A stretch of 64,000 nt of DNA from positions 147,778-211,777 of the IMG/VR virus record IMGVR_UViG_3300037245_001419. The stretch is one strand, 5' to 3'. Below, piece by piece: positions 20,008-29,894 of the stretch; the first letter of the stretch is position 1, and each line of letters begins with the position of its first letter. The notes beneath the pieces were generated by a model. That model ran no database searches, was not told the origin of the DNA, and saw nothing but the letters and a program-made list of their open reading frames with translations. Both the position numbers and the translations under genes were made by a program.

Positions 20008-20253
20008 TTAATGCTCTATTCCATAACGGAAGGTTTTTCGTTGTATTAAAATATAACCCAAAAACAGATTTTTACATTCATAACCAGCATATCTATAACT
20101 TCCACCTTCCCATTTGGATTTAGCTTCTTTTATACATGATTCGTAAGATAAGGAATTACTTTTTTTTCCTTTATTAACGAAATTAGAATTACTTTTTACG
20201 GCACAGCCAACTAAAGTAACCGATATGAGTAAACATAATATTATATATTTCAT
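20008..20253 (-). CDS. small lipoprotein
   Basis: signal peptide ending in LVGC lipobox. Confidence 0.65.
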   Translation of the reverse strand: MKYIILCLLISVTLVGCAVKSNSNFVNKGKKSNSLSYESCIKEAKSKWEGGSYRYAGYECKNLFLGYILIQRKTFRYGIEH

Positions 20254-20340
20254 TTTATTCCTTCTATATGATTACATTATTAAAGTTAGTTAATTAAATA
20301 AGTTATGTCAATATAAAACTGAAGTATTTGGCGAATTGAT

Positions 20341-20976
20341 CTAATAAGATTTTTTTATTTTTTTCAACTTATAGCGTCCTTCGATATTTTTTGGAAAATT
20401 TGCGAAGTAATTTAATAAAACTTTTTGACTGGAATTATTCCATATTTTCTTATCTATGCCTATTTTACCTTCCCAAGCCTTATATGAATTAGAAACTCTA
20501 TTTACTGGATACATATCTAACCAAACATGTTTTGTATTGATAATACGTTCGTATGGAACATAAGAAGTTGTTTTTGTAGTTGTCTTATAATTTTTATTTT
20601 TATAGATTGATACATCAACTTCACCTAATTTTGTCTGGTTGGGAGTATTCAATTTACCCTTAGTTGTACTGTAGTTAGTTACGGGTCTAACTCCTGTTTG
20701 TTTTGTAGTTGATTCGCTTGTACTAACAAACATAAGATAATCAGCCTTTAAGGTTTTAGTATATACTTGAAACCCTAAACCATTCATTGCTTCGTATACA
20801 TCATAAACCAAATTTCTGTCTTCAATACTACTATTATCCAAAGTAACAATTAGGATTTTAGAATCTTGGTTAATAGATATAGATTTGTCCGATCGGCCTA
20901 AAAAATATGCAGATTTTGTTTTATGGTGAGTACAGTTCATTAATAACAATGTGAGTAGTAATAATAGAATTTTCAT
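20341..20976 (-). CDS. lipoprotein
   Basis: MKILLLLLTLLLMNC lipobox. Confidence 0.7.
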   Translation of the reverse strand: MKILLLLLTLLLMNCTHHKTKSAYFLGRSDKSISINQDSKILIVTLDNSSIEDRNLVYDVYEAMNGLGFQVYTKTLKADYLMFVSTSESTTKQTGVRPVTNYSTTKGKLNTPNQTKLGEVDVSIYKNKNYKTTTKTTSYVPYERIINTKHVWLDMYPVNRVSNSYKAWEGKIGIDKKIWNNSSQKVLLNYFANFPKNIEGRYKLKKIKKSY

Positions 20977-20979
20977 AAT

Positions 20980-21765
20980 TTAGTTCTCCTTGTTAAAAGA
21001 AATATGTTGGCACGGATATACTTTAGTTTCATCGGATGAGCTATAGTAGTATAAACTCCCTATGACAACAATGCTATCGAATTGTGATATTGCAGATATA
21101 CTAGCATACAGATGATGATCACTAAGGTCGTAAGTACTATAATCTCTTGTTCTATCGAACTCCATTAGTTCACCGTCTAGATAGCGGATATAGTCGTCGT
21201 ATATTGTTAACGGGTGCTTAAGGAGTAAATAAGATTCATCACCAATAAAAGCTTCAACTAAAGTATCTGGTAAAAACATCAGTTCCTTATTTTCTAGTTC
21301 ACCTTTTACAGAGTGAAAATAATATTTCAAAACAGAATCACCAATAAGCATAGCAACATCATATTCTGTTGTAGAATCGTATTCGTCGCTGTACACTGTA
21401 AGGCTAAAGAATGTTGTATCACCAAACGTTGTATCAAATACCATATTCCCTAGACTAAGTGTTGTATCAATAGTGAATCCTTCAGATTTGTGATGTATGC
21501 TAGTGTAATTTGCATAGTCTGTTGAGTCATCTGCATTCCAATATCTAGGGTTATTATCTAGACCAAATTCGACAGGATAAAAGCCGATAGAATCGGATAT
21601 TACCAGTTCCCAATTATGTTTTACTGTACCGTCTACAATTTCTGATTCTGAACAGTAGCCATGTATAATAGGGTCTTGTTTAGGCTTAGATGAATATGTT
21701 ATTTTGTCGGAGCACCCAACTAAAGTAATCGACAACACTAGTAGTGTCATAATACATAATTTCAT
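20980..21765 (-). CDS. lipoprotein
   Basis: LVGC lipobox; acidic beta-rich mature part. Confidence 0.75.
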   Translation of the reverse strand: MKLCIMTLLVLSITLVGCSDKITYSSKPKQDPIIHGYCSESEIVDGTVKHNWELVISDSIGFYPVEFGLDNNPRYWNADDSTDYANYTSIHHKSEGFTIDTTLSLGNMVFDTTFGDTTFFSLTVYSDEYDSTTEYDVAMLIGDSVLKYYFHSVKGELENKELMFLPDTLVEAFIGDESYLLLKHPLTIYDDYIRYLDGELMEFDRTRDYSTYDLSDHHLYASISAISQFDSIVVIGSLYYYSSSDETKVYPCQHISFNKEN

Positions 21766-21766
21766 A

Positions 21767-22072
21767 TTACCAAGAACTTTTTGCTAATATACGAGAAGAA
21801 CTTTGATTGACAATTGATACTACAATTGAAGAACCTACTCGTTTCACATAAACATCCTTAATCAAATTTGCCATATCTTCAAGTTCTTCTTTAGATGAAT
21901 CGTATTGAGAACTTGATAGCTGAACCCACAGAGAATTATTTCCAGCATAATAACACTCTATAACTGGCGAGTTTGATATTATATAATCTCCAAATTCTTT
22001 CTGTGTTGATGAAGGTGTGTATGCATACGTCATAGAGACTAAACATATGGTAATAAATATTATTTTTAACAT
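21767..22072 (-). CDS. secreted hypothetical protein
   Basis: signal peptide ending TYA. Confidence 0.7.
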   Translation of the reverse strand: MLKIIFITICLVSMTYAYTPSSTQKEFGDYIISNSPVIECYYAGNNSLWVQLSSSQYDSSKEELEDMANLIKDVYVKRVGSSIVVSIVNQSSSRILAKSSW

Positions 22073-22122
22073 GGTATATCCTTTTTGTTACTAAATTTAA
22101 TTAATTATACATAAATTGTCTA

Positions 22123-22158
22123 TAAAAACTGAAGTACCCTCTCAAATACTTCAGTTTT
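22123..22158 (-). terminator. terminator hairpin built from two inverted AACTGAAGTA motifs
   Basis: AAAAACTGAAGTA-ccctctcaaa-TACTTCAGTTTT. Confidence 0.7.
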
Positions 22159-22170
22159 GCTGTCTGCAAT

Positions 22171-22476
22171 TTACTTTTCAACACCAAAAACTAAATCACC
22201 ACCATCGAATAATCTAGGTAGGTTGTGGGTTTCATCGATCAGAAAATTTGAATCGTCTCTAATGTCAATAGCATAAACTTCTTGTTTATCCCATCGATCT
22301 CTTACAAACACATTAGATACAATATGAAAAGATTCGTCAGATTCAACAGTTATACAAACTGCATTAGAATCTGAAGAACATTGTTCACAACTTTGTTGAC
22401 TGTGAGGCTTAGCACCTCCACAATTTCTAGCTTCACTGCAATTTCTTCTCATAGCACAAATAACTTCATCACTCAT
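22171..22476 (-). CDS. Cys-rich hypothetical protein
   Basis: own promoter and GGAG RBS. Confidence 0.7.
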   Translation of the reverse strand: MSDEVICAMRRNCSEARNCGGAKPHSQQSCEQCSSDSNAVCITVESDESFHIVSNVFVRDRWDKQEVYAIDIRDDSNFLIDETHNLPRLFDGGDLVFGVEK

Positions 22477-22563
22477 AGATTCTCCGTTTGATTATATAAC
22501 TAATATAGCTAAATAGATAAGTTACGTCAACAGTTTTTGTGTAAGTTCTGTTATTTGTTACTT

Positions 22564-22590
22564 AAAAAAATACCCCCTCCGTCGAGGGGG
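22564..22590 (-). terminator. rho-independent terminator after the tRNA-like gene
   Basis: CCCCCTC-GACG-GAGGGGG followed by a T run on the minus strand. Confidence 0.8.
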
Positions 22591-22595
22591 ATTAT

Positions 22596-22717
22596 TCAAT
22601 TAGATGGGATTCAAACCCATACATTCCCACACTATAGACCTTTGCCAAAGATAACCCTTTGTAGTCAATAATGTGTTGGCTCTAAACCAGATACGCTATC
22701 AGTTGCGCCACTAATTA
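22596..22717 (-). tRNA. atypical tRNA-Leu(TAG)-like RNA with 54-nt variable arm, no encoded CCA
   Basis: acceptor TAATTAG/CTAATTG, D-arm GCGC-AACTGATA-GCGT, anticodon loop TTTAGAG (3-bp stem only), T-arm ATGGG-TTTGAAT-CCCAT. Confidence 0.6.
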
Positions 22718-23347
22718 AATATCAAAACCATAATCCCATTTAGCTTTCTGCTCTGCTATCCATTCAGATAAAGAAAAGTCAAGTTCTTTATCCTCATCTT
22801 TATTTACTGGTCTCTCAAACGCCTTCAGCTTTACCATAAGCTTTCTAAGGTCTTCAGATACACCACCAAACCAATCTTTTGCTTGATTTATATCACCATC
22901 TTTAAATGACTTCTCAACACCTTCCATACACTTACGCAAATAAGAAAAAGAATGTATGAACTCTTGCATCACTTCACCCTTATGGGTTTTCGGGTGTGCA
23001 GACTCAACCACTTGACCATATTGTGCACCATAAGTAAGAATGCTACCAACTAAAGTTTCAATAGGCTTTCTACCTTGATCTACATCACTGAAAGCAACGT
23101 GATCTTTTTGTAAATTAACAGGTAGTGGGTAAGAATAAGATAGACCACCGTTGTGACCTTTAAACTCATCCATAAGACCTTTTTCATCAACCTTGTCACA
23201 TTCAAATTCGTCATGATTTTTAACCGCTTCAGCATACCCTTTAGGCTCTACAGAGATATCCCAGTACTTCTTTAGATACTCTAGTATTGCTTCAGCATGG
23301 AATTCAAAATTCTTTACTTTAGTTTCTTTTGATATGTCATAAGCCAT
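22715..23347 (-). CDS. hypothetical protein
   Basis: GAGGA RBS, coupled start. Confidence 0.75.
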   Translation of the reverse strand: MAYDISKETKVKNFEFHAEAILEYLKKYWDISVEPKGYAEAVKNHDEFECDKVDEKGLMDEFKGHNGGLSYSYPLPVNLQKDHVAFSDVDQGRKPIETLVGSILTYGAQYGQVVESAHPKTHKGEVMQEFIHSFSYLRKCMEGVEKSFKDGDINQAKDWFGGVSEDLRKLMVKLKAFERPVNKDEDKELDFSLSEWIAEQKAKWDYGFDI

Positions 23348-23550
23348 TATAAATCCTCATTTAATTCAAGGTACTCAACTTCTCTGTAGTTCCAATACCA
23401 TGTACGTTCAGCAGATAGTTGTCTGCTTAACCATAAAGTCAAGTCTCTTTCAGATTCTTCCAATAATTCGGGATCGTCACTCATTCCGGCACGACCTATA
23501 GCACTAAGCACGTTAAAGCGTACTTTTTTAGTGATACGTCTTTTAGCCAT
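23347..23550 (-). CDS. hypothetical protein
   Basis: coupled start/stop. Confidence 0.7.
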   Translation of the reverse strand: MAKRRITKKVRFNVLSAIGRAGMSDDPELLEESERDLTLWLSRQLSAERTWYWNYREVEYLELNEDL

Positions 23551-23855
23551 TAGAAAAAGTCCTTTATGTCACCTTCAGTGAAAATACTATCAATAGGGTA
23601 AGGCAAATCGTCTTTACTATTAACCCCCCAACTATCACAAAACAACAAACAGTCAGTACCATACTCTTTTTTAATCTGTTCTTTAACTGAAGTAATGTTT
23701 TCTTTAGCCCATTTCTTACAGATTTCAATATCGGTATCCATAAAAACACTCATTGTACCATACTGTTCACCAGTGTCAACAGCCACTTCAAACCATACAC
23801 ACAAATAACCTTGTTTTTCTATTTGAGTGTGAATAAAATTGTTTTGAGCTATCAT
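23550..23855 (-). CDS. hypothetical protein, paralog of the N-domain of 23921-24598
   Basis: WFEVA...CKKWAKEN...LFCDSW. Confidence 0.75.
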   Translation of the reverse strand: MIAQNNFIHTQIEKQGYLCVWFEVAVDTGEQYGTMSVFMDTDIEICKKWAKENITSVKEQIKKEYGTDCLLFCDSWGVNSKDDLPYPIDSIFTEGDIKDFF

Positions 23856-23920
23856 ATTATTCTCCGAGTGCTTATCTATTATTAAAGATAGTTAATTAAC
23901 TAACCTTTGTCAAGTGTTTT

Positions 23921-24598
23921 TTATTTTACAAATATGTTTTCATTGTGGGCTTTATAATAAGCTTTATAATAAGCTTTAATCTTATCCTTATTGGCCTCTC
24001 GATAAGCTTTAATCTTATCCTTATTGGCCTCTCGATAAGCTTTATTATAAGCTTTAATCTTATCCTTATTGGCCTCTCGATAAGCTTTAATCTTATCCTT
24101 ATTGTTCTCTCGACAATCTTTATGATAAGCTTTAATCTTATCCTTATTGGCCTTTTGATAATCTTTCTGGAAAGCTTTAATCTTATCCTTATTGGCTTCT
24201 CGATAATCTTTCTGGGAAGCTTTAATCTTATCCTTATTGGCTTCTCGATAATCTTTCTGGGAAGCTTTAATCTTATCCTTATTTTTGGCATAATAATCTT
24301 TATTATATGCTTTATTATAATCTTTAATCTTATCTATTAATTTTGGATTGTAATTAAAAATTGCTTCTCCATGCGTCTGTACACTTGACTCTGTCTTCAT
24401 AGTCCACTCATCACAAAATAAATATCCCTCTTCTTTGTAAGACTCTTTATTGTCATCAGCCCATTTTTTACAAACATCAAGGTCATCGTCACTAAAAATA
24501 GTTTCTGTACCACCACCATTTTCATCATCATCGTCATACCATGAAATAGCTACTTCATACCATGAATAAGGATATACTACTTTTTCTTCATCTGCCAT
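23921..24598 (-). CDS. protein with C-terminal REANKDKIKAY tandem repeats
   Basis: WYEVA...CKKWADDN...LFCDEW domain followed by about 8 repeats. Confidence 0.75.
   Translation of the reverse strand: MADEEKVVYPYSWYEVAISWYDDDDENGGGTETIFSDDDLDVCKKWADDNKESYKEEGYLFCDEWTMKTESSVQTHGEAIFNYNPKLIDKIKDYNKAYNKDYYAKNKDKIKASQKDYREANKDKIKASQKDYREANKDKIKAFQKDYQKANKDKIKAYHKDCRENNKDKIKAYREANKDKIKAYNKAYREANKDKIKAYREANKDKIKAYYKAYYKAHNENIFVK
23965..24335. repeat. coding tandem repeat (33/45-bp units, core aagctttaatcttatccttatt)
   Basis: direct repeats visible in the DNA. Confidence 0.9.
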
Positions 24599-24765
24599 TA
24601 CATTCCATCCGAATCAAAATTAATGTCAACCTGTCCATCAATGTCGTCGTCAACCATAGAGAATTCCACACGACCACCTGTAGTTTGATCGTATGCATAG
24701 ATAGGGACTGTTTTGTCTTCCACTTGTTGTAGTTCGTCAATCATATCTTGTACAGTTTTAATCAT
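24598..24765 (-). CDS. small acidic hypothetical protein (55 aa)
   Basis: GGAG RBS, class-I promoter; MIKTVQDMIDELQQ... Confidence 0.65.
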   Translation of the reverse strand: MIKTVQDMIDELQQVEDKTVPIYAYDQTTGGRVEFSMVDDDIDGQVDINFDSDGM

Positions 24766-25009
24766 AATGTTCTCCGTGTTCTTACCTATTATTAAAGATA
24801 GTTAATTAACTAAAGTCTGTCTATAAAAAAATCATCATTAAGAATAAAATTAAGATAGACACATAATAAACTAGGCTCAATTTAGTATTGTATCGTATTC
24901 GCTTATAAGTACCGACTATAACTATTATACAACACATTATTTGCAACAGTAAGTCGATACTTTTAATAATTTTTAATACATAATCTAAATATTCCATAAA
25001 TAATCCTTA

Positions 25010-25249
25010 TTAATATATTTCGATTACAGAGCCTAATGTAACACATTCAGCAATTTCTAGTTTGTCTCTAGCCAATAGTTCTTTTGCATTGATTGAACTG
25101 CATACTTCTGTTCTTAATCCTTTAACATTAGCAGTCCAAGAATATGCACCTGATCCAAGCATATGTATTCCTGCATAAGTTCTGCTAAAATTAACAAGCT
25201 CCCAACCAGTGTCTTTTTTGATTTTTTCTGCCAGCTTTTTAAAACTCAT
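25010..25249 (-). CDS. hypothetical protein
   Basis: own promoter and AGGAG. Confidence 0.75.
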   Translation of the reverse strand: MSFKKLAEKIKKDTGWELVNFSRTYAGIHMLGSGAYSWTANVKGLRTEVCSSINAKELLARDKLEIAECVTLGSVIEIY

Positions 25250-25304
25250 ACAGGCTCCTTATCTATTATATAATATAGTTAATTAACTAAACATTGTCAA
25301 CAAA

Positions 25305-25751
25305 TTATTTATATACATTATGCCAGTTATCTCTATCACCTCTATTATCATCTAACATCCTGTCTATAATAATTTTGTGACCTATACTAGTAATATTTGC
25401 AATGATATATCCCATATTATAATCATTAAACATGCCTTCATTAATAAGCAGGTCATAGTTTACACACATCCAATACATACTTTCAACCGTGATTGTGAAT
25501 GAATCACTATAGTTCTTACAATTGTGTGTAATATTGACATATTCACGCCAGAAATTTTGGATAAATACGTTATTATCAAGGTACACTATGTTAAATATAG
25601 TAATTAAATCATAACCTTCAGCAGTCCCATTAATTATATCCTTAAAATCAATATAATCAAGTTTTTCACCCCAGTTAAAGGTGTCACAGCTTCTTATATA
25701 AGCTATAGTAACAGCTAAACTACAGCTTAATTTTTCATCCATAAGGTTCAT
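25305..25751 (-). CDS. hypothetical protein
   Basis: own promoter and AGGAG. Confidence 0.7.
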   Translation of the reverse strand: MNLMDEKLSCSLAVTIAYIRSCDTFNWGEKLDYIDFKDIINGTAEGYDLITIFNIVYLDNNVFIQNFWREYVNITHNCKNYSDSFTITVESMYWMCVNYDLLINEGMFNDYNMGYIIANITSIGHKIIIDRMLDDNRGDRDNWHNVYK

Positions 25752-25877
25752 GGTTAACTCCTTATTGTATCTATTATTAAAGATAGCTTATTAACTAAAG
25801 TATGTCAACGAAAAAAACTGAAGTATAAAAGAAAAATGGGTAAGATTCCTAATATACTTCAGTCTGCATTGGAGTGT

Positions 25878-26321
25878 CTATTTAAACATATCTATGTAAT
25901 CGACACTAGATATACCTACATACCGTGCATAGTTGTAGCCCTCTGTATTGATATACAGAGTCAACTTATCTTTAGATTCAAGCTTAACCACTTCAGCATA
26001 ACAAAACTTTCTAAACTCATTAGAAAGTTTTTCATTTGAAAACCAAAATTTACCTTCAGCATCTTGTTTACAAATCTCTTTGTAAATGTCAGGGTCAATG
26101 TCAGTACCTTCTACATCTTGCCCTCCAATATTATCCCATATTGGATTGTCAGATAACAAACTATTTGTAATCAAATTGTAATCAGTGCTGTCAACAGTTA
26201 AAGTTTTCATAACTCTAGCTTTGGCGCTTGAATAACCTTCTTTCAAAGCTTTATTATTATCTCTAAGACTGTCATTCTTATTTAGACTAGGAAATCTTAC
26301 ATTTACAAGTTCAATAGACAT
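25878..26321 (-). CDS. conserved hypothetical protein
   Basis: C-terminal INTEGYNYARYVG motif; own promoter. Confidence 0.75.
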   Translation of the reverse strand: MSIELVNVRFPSLNKNDSLRDNNKALKEGYSSAKARVMKTLTVDSTDYNLITNSLLSDNPIWDNIGGQDVEGTDIDPDIYKEICKQDAEGKFWFSNEKLSNEFRKFCYAEVVKLESKDKLTLYINTEGYNYARYVGISSVDYIDMFK

Positions 26322-26380
26322 TTTAATTACTCCACTTGTTATCTATTATTAAAGATAGTTAATTAGCTAATCACTGTCAA

Positions 26381-26635
26381 CTAAAAAGATATACATTTTG
26401 AAAATTTTGTTTCATCGACAATATTCATCACTATGAAAACATTTACATCGTCAAATGAAGGGCTTAAGCGAACACAACCATTGCTAACGTCAAGTGTTCT
26501 GTTTTCAAAGTCAATAGATAACACTATACAACGTTGTGGGTCGGGCGTTCGGTTTTTAAACTCACATTCGTAAGGTATTTGTAAGTGGCCGTACAGCCTT
26601 GTGAGATTGGCCTTGTTTATGTATGGTTTATCCAT
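26381..26635 (-). CDS. hypothetical protein
   Basis: start MDKPY overlapping the upstream gene. Confidence 0.6.
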   Translation of the reverse strand: MDKPYINKANLTRLYGHLQIPYECEFKNRTPDPQRCIVLSIDFENRTLDVSNGCVRLSPSFDDVNVFIVMNIVDETKFSKCISF

Positions 26636-26837
26636 GTTTCCACCATCCGCTATAATCCTGCTCTTCACCATCAACTAAAACTGAAGTATGCAATTCACCT
26701 TCAGTATAACCGTGTTGAATCATTTGGTTTGCACGTTCAACAGCTTGTGTTCTAAAATGGTCTGCATGTTCTTTTAACACACAACACTCAACATCAAACC
26801 AATTATATGAAACCTTACCTTGCATTGTACAATTCAT
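26628..26837 (-). CDS. hypothetical protein
   Basis: GYTEGEL...YSGWW motif. Confidence 0.7.
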   Translation of the reverse strand: MNCTMQGKVSYNWFDVECCVLKEHADHFRTQAVERANQMIQHGYTEGELHTSVLVDGEEQDYSGWWKHG

Positions 26838-26840
26838 GTG

Positions 26841-27032
26841 TTAATCCTTAATTAGCTTATCTTGCATTTTTCCACAACGTGAACACGTTCTACGTTGTCT
26901 TAGTTCTTCACCTTTATAAGTCTTACCTCTCATTTCTTTTGGGGCTAAAATTCCCCCTATGAATGAATAAGACTCAATGTATTGTTTCCATTTACTCCAC
27001 TGGTGAAATAATATACACACAAAATACTCCAT
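26841..27032 (-). CDS. small Zn-finger phage protein
   Basis: CxxxH-x-W...RTCSRCG. Confidence 0.65.
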   Translation of the reverse strand: MEYFVCILFHQWSKWKQYIESYSFIGGILAPKEMRGKTYKGEELRQRRTCSRCGKMQDKLIKD

Positions 27033-27066
27033 TGCTTAACTATTATTAAAGATAGTTAATTAACTA

Positions 27067-27378
27067 TTAATAGTCAACCTTTATATCACCAATTTCTGCA
27101 ATATCACCTAATTTATAGAGTACTCTATTTTTGTATGCATCATCTAAAGTGATTCCATCAGAGGTTTTAGAAACCTTGTTTAGAGTTATTGAAATACTAG
27201 TGATAATATCGCCATTAACAGGACTTTTAAAGAATATAACATTCAAACTACACTTAAAACCTTTGTGTGGTGCAACCGCAACATATAGTTGACCACCTAA
27301 GATTTCCCTTTTAACGTCCTCTAAGGTCTTTTGATGAATCTCACACCCTATAGGCTCTTGAATACTAAATACTGCCAT
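27067..27378 (-). CDS. hypothetical protein
   Basis: operon context. Confidence 0.65.
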   Translation of the reverse strand: MAVFSIQEPIGCEIHQKTLEDVKREILGGQLYVAVAPHKGFKCSLNVIFFKSPVNGDIITSISITLNKVSKTSDGITLDDAYKNRVLYKLGDIAEIGDIKVDY

Positions 27379-27545
27379 TATTTACCCTCTTTAATTTCAA
27401 TATCATTATCACCTGTATCAAGTGCTCTTCCCAAGTTCTTACAAATGTCAATAGCTGCTTCTTTTTCAGATACACGCTGTATAAATTCGCCATTAATTTT
27501 AATTTCCCATTCGTAATTATGAGTATACTCAATAAAAAAATTCAT

Positions 27546-28208
27546 TTATTCATCATCCTTAGCTTTGATAGCTTCTAAAACATCAGAAGGGGTAGCCTTT
27601 TCATCAAAGGTATAGTAATCACATAAACTGTTATTACCGCCCCAATCAGCAACATGATCATAGTCTTCTTTTGTATCACACTCATTGTCATAAATGAATT
27701 CCAGTATACATGAAATTTGCGTTTCATCACTCTTTAAATTATCAGCAACTAAAGTCTTATACCAATCTTTAGCTTCATTAGAATACAACGGGCAAAACCC
27801 GTCACTAGACGTAAATTTTGCGGTGAGATAATCTTGAAAGTCTTCATTGTGGTCTTCAATATATTCTACAATCTTTGCATAGTTATTGTTGGTTATAATA
27901 ATTTCAACATATATTTGGTCTGTAGAATAATTGTAGTATTTTGGGGATTTAACCTTTTGAAATTTCATTGAGGTTATGAAACCACCATCTACCAATTCAG
28001 TTTCAACTTCACCTGCATAGTATTTGGCTATTGATTCTTGATATTTCTTTTGGTCAAAATTTAAGTAGTCAAAATTAATGTCAATACCAAAATGTTCACT
28101 TTCACTGGTCAAATGACATTCCCAATCACCACCCCAGGCAGTCTCATAGAATCCTGAAAATGATGGACATACACCATCTACTACTTTAGTTTCTGTTATA
28201 TAAACCAT
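27546..28208 (-). CDS. conserved phage hypothetical protein
   Basis: FSGFYET...SPKYYNYSTDQI; own promoter. Confidence 0.8.
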   Translation of the reverse strand: MVYITETKVVDGVCPSFSGFYETAWGGDWECHLTSESEHFGIDINFDYLNFDQKKYQESIAKYYAGEVETELVDGGFITSMKFQKVKSPKYYNYSTDQIYVEIIITNNNYAKIVEYIEDHNEDFQDYLTAKFTSSDGFCPLYSNEAKDWYKTLVADNLKSDETQISCILEFIYDNECDTKEDYDHVADWGGNNSLCDYYTFDEKATPSDVLEAIKAKDDE

Positions 28209-28261
28209 GTTAATACTCCGTTACTTCCTTATTATAAAGATAGTTAATTAACTAAGCCATG

Positions 28262-28462
28262 TCAAGTGTTTTTATGGTAAGGATACAAATTTAATTCTTT
28301 TTTTATTTCATCTGTATTTAAACCCTGCTCAATAAGAACCTCTACCTTATCTAATACATCGCAAGCCTCTTGTCTGGTATCATACGTACCAAAATATTGC
28401 ACCGCTTTATCAACAGTTTTTAATACTCTAAACTTGTATTCCCATGTTATAATATTTCTCAT
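28262..28462 (-). CDS. stand-alone AP2-like DNA-binding domain
   Basis: KFRVLKTVDKAVQYFGTYDTRQEA; paralog of the 8912 N-domain. Confidence 0.6.
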   Translation of the reverse strand: MRNIITWEYKFRVLKTVDKAVQYFGTYDTRQEACDVLDKVEVLIEQGLNTDEIKKELNLYPYHKNT

Positions 28463-28503
28463 TCTGGTTGCTCAGTTTATTCGTTATTATATAATATAGT
28501 TAA

Positions 28504-28836
28504 TTAACTAAGTCTTGTCAAGGGTTTTTCTAGCTTAAATGTTTTTGGGTCATAATAAGTATCTAACAACTCAATGCTAAAGCGTTCACTTTCATTGCCA
28601 TGAGCCTTATCCCAACTATTATTACTAACTTGATCGTCTGTTAAAAAAACTCTATAAACTCTACCCTGCAAACTCTTTTCAGATACCCATTTTGAACCGC
28701 TATAACCTGTACCATCCCTACCATAAGAAAACACACATAGAAAAGCCCTTCCTGTTCTATCATCTAAATTGTCTCTATCAAATTCTGCCTTTAATCTGAT
28801 AGCTAAATCAATAGACTTTAGTTTGTCCTTATTCAT
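28504..28836 (-). CDS. hypothetical protein
   Basis: GGGGG/GGTG RBS before MNKDK. Confidence 0.65.
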   Translation of the reverse strand: MNKDKLKSIDLAIRLKAEFDRDNLDDRTGRAFLCVFSYGRDGTGYSGSKWVSEKSLQGRVYRVFLTDDQVSNNSWDKAHGNESERFSIELLDTYYDPKTFKLEKPLTRLS

Positions 28837-28837
28837 A

Positions 28838-29407
28838 TCACCCCCAAAAAAATTCAAATCCACACGTCTGGAAAAAGTAAACACCATTACAACTAAAGTA
28901 TTTTATTTCATCACCAGTCGAATCTCTGTACTGCTCCCATGTTTCACCGTCATCTAAAATATCAGCTTTGTACATATCGACGTTCTTTAAAAAATGATCC
29001 TCACTGCATGGGCGCTTATGTTTCATTAAGCGCTTCCACCACCGCTCCCAGTGTGAAGAGTCACGTCTTAATTTGTCGCACTGTCCAAGATACTTTAGTT
29101 TGGGTGTTGAAACAATAACATATTCAATTGTAACATGTTCGGGTATTGTATATTGCTCGTTTGTATATCCATAATTCCGTGTTGTTTTAAACTCATGGGT
29201 AATCGTACGGTCACAATTTTTATACTCAATGATAGGGTACTCTATACCACAAATACAATGTGTTTGGACTTGCTTGTTTATAGTAACTTTACAAGATTTT
29301 GGGTCAATATGTATATATTCGTCACACTTACACTTAAGTGAGTGATATACTATCAACTGTTTTTTAGCATCATGTGTGACATTTCTATGAATGTAAAATC
29401 CTGCCAT
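28838..29407 (-). CDS. hypothetical protein
   Basis: operon context; YFFQTCGFEFFW tail. Confidence 0.7.
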   Translation of the reverse strand: MAGFYIHRNVTHDAKKQLIVYHSLKCKCDEYIHIDPKSCKVTINKQVQTHCICGIEYPIIEYKNCDRTITHEFKTTRNYGYTNEQYTIPEHVTIEYVIVSTPKLKYLGQCDKLRRDSSHWERWWKRLMKHKRPCSEDHFLKNVDMYKADILDDGETWEQYRDSTGDEIKYFSCNGVYFFQTCGFEFFWG

Positions 29408-29408
29408 A

Positions 29409-29669
29409 TTATATTGCCTCCATCATATCACACAATCCAGTTACTTCAAAAAATAAAAATTGGCTCACTTTATCAGTAGTCATATTCGTTCGCTCGACAA
29501 GGGATTTAAAATCATTTACACCATTAATAGTTTCTTTGATTAAAGCAATTTTAACAGGGTGTATTTCATCTTTCAAACGTTTCTTTAACTTTTTTAAGGT
29601 TTTACCTATAGCATCGTTCGCTATTGGTTCATCCTTTTGATTGATAGACATATTAATAATATATGACAT
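29409..29669 (-). CDS. hypothetical protein, paralog of 31249-31452
   Basis: TLKKLK...VKIALIK...DKVSQFL. Confidence 0.75.
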   Translation of the reverse strand: MSYIINMSINQKDEPIANDAIGKTLKKLKKRLKDEIHPVKIALIKETINGVNDFKSLVERTNMTTDKVSQFLFFEVTGLCDMMEAI

Positions 29670-29894
29670 AAGTTTATTTACTCCTTATCTTACCTATTAT
29701 TAAAGATAGCTTATTAACTAAAGTATGTCAACCATTTTTCTTTAAACCAGAATAAAAACTTTCCTATTTGTTTTCCTATTTCCCACCATATAACACAATA
29801 CACACAAAAAACCACAATACATATTATACCAAATGGTATATAGATAACGCACATACCTAAGAATTCTAGTAAACTTAAATCGCTCAACATACAA

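Noticed and set aside
23926-24340. ORFs 23926-24291 (-) and 23945-24340 (+)
   Set aside because: Alternative frames held open by the tandem repeat of 23921-24598.
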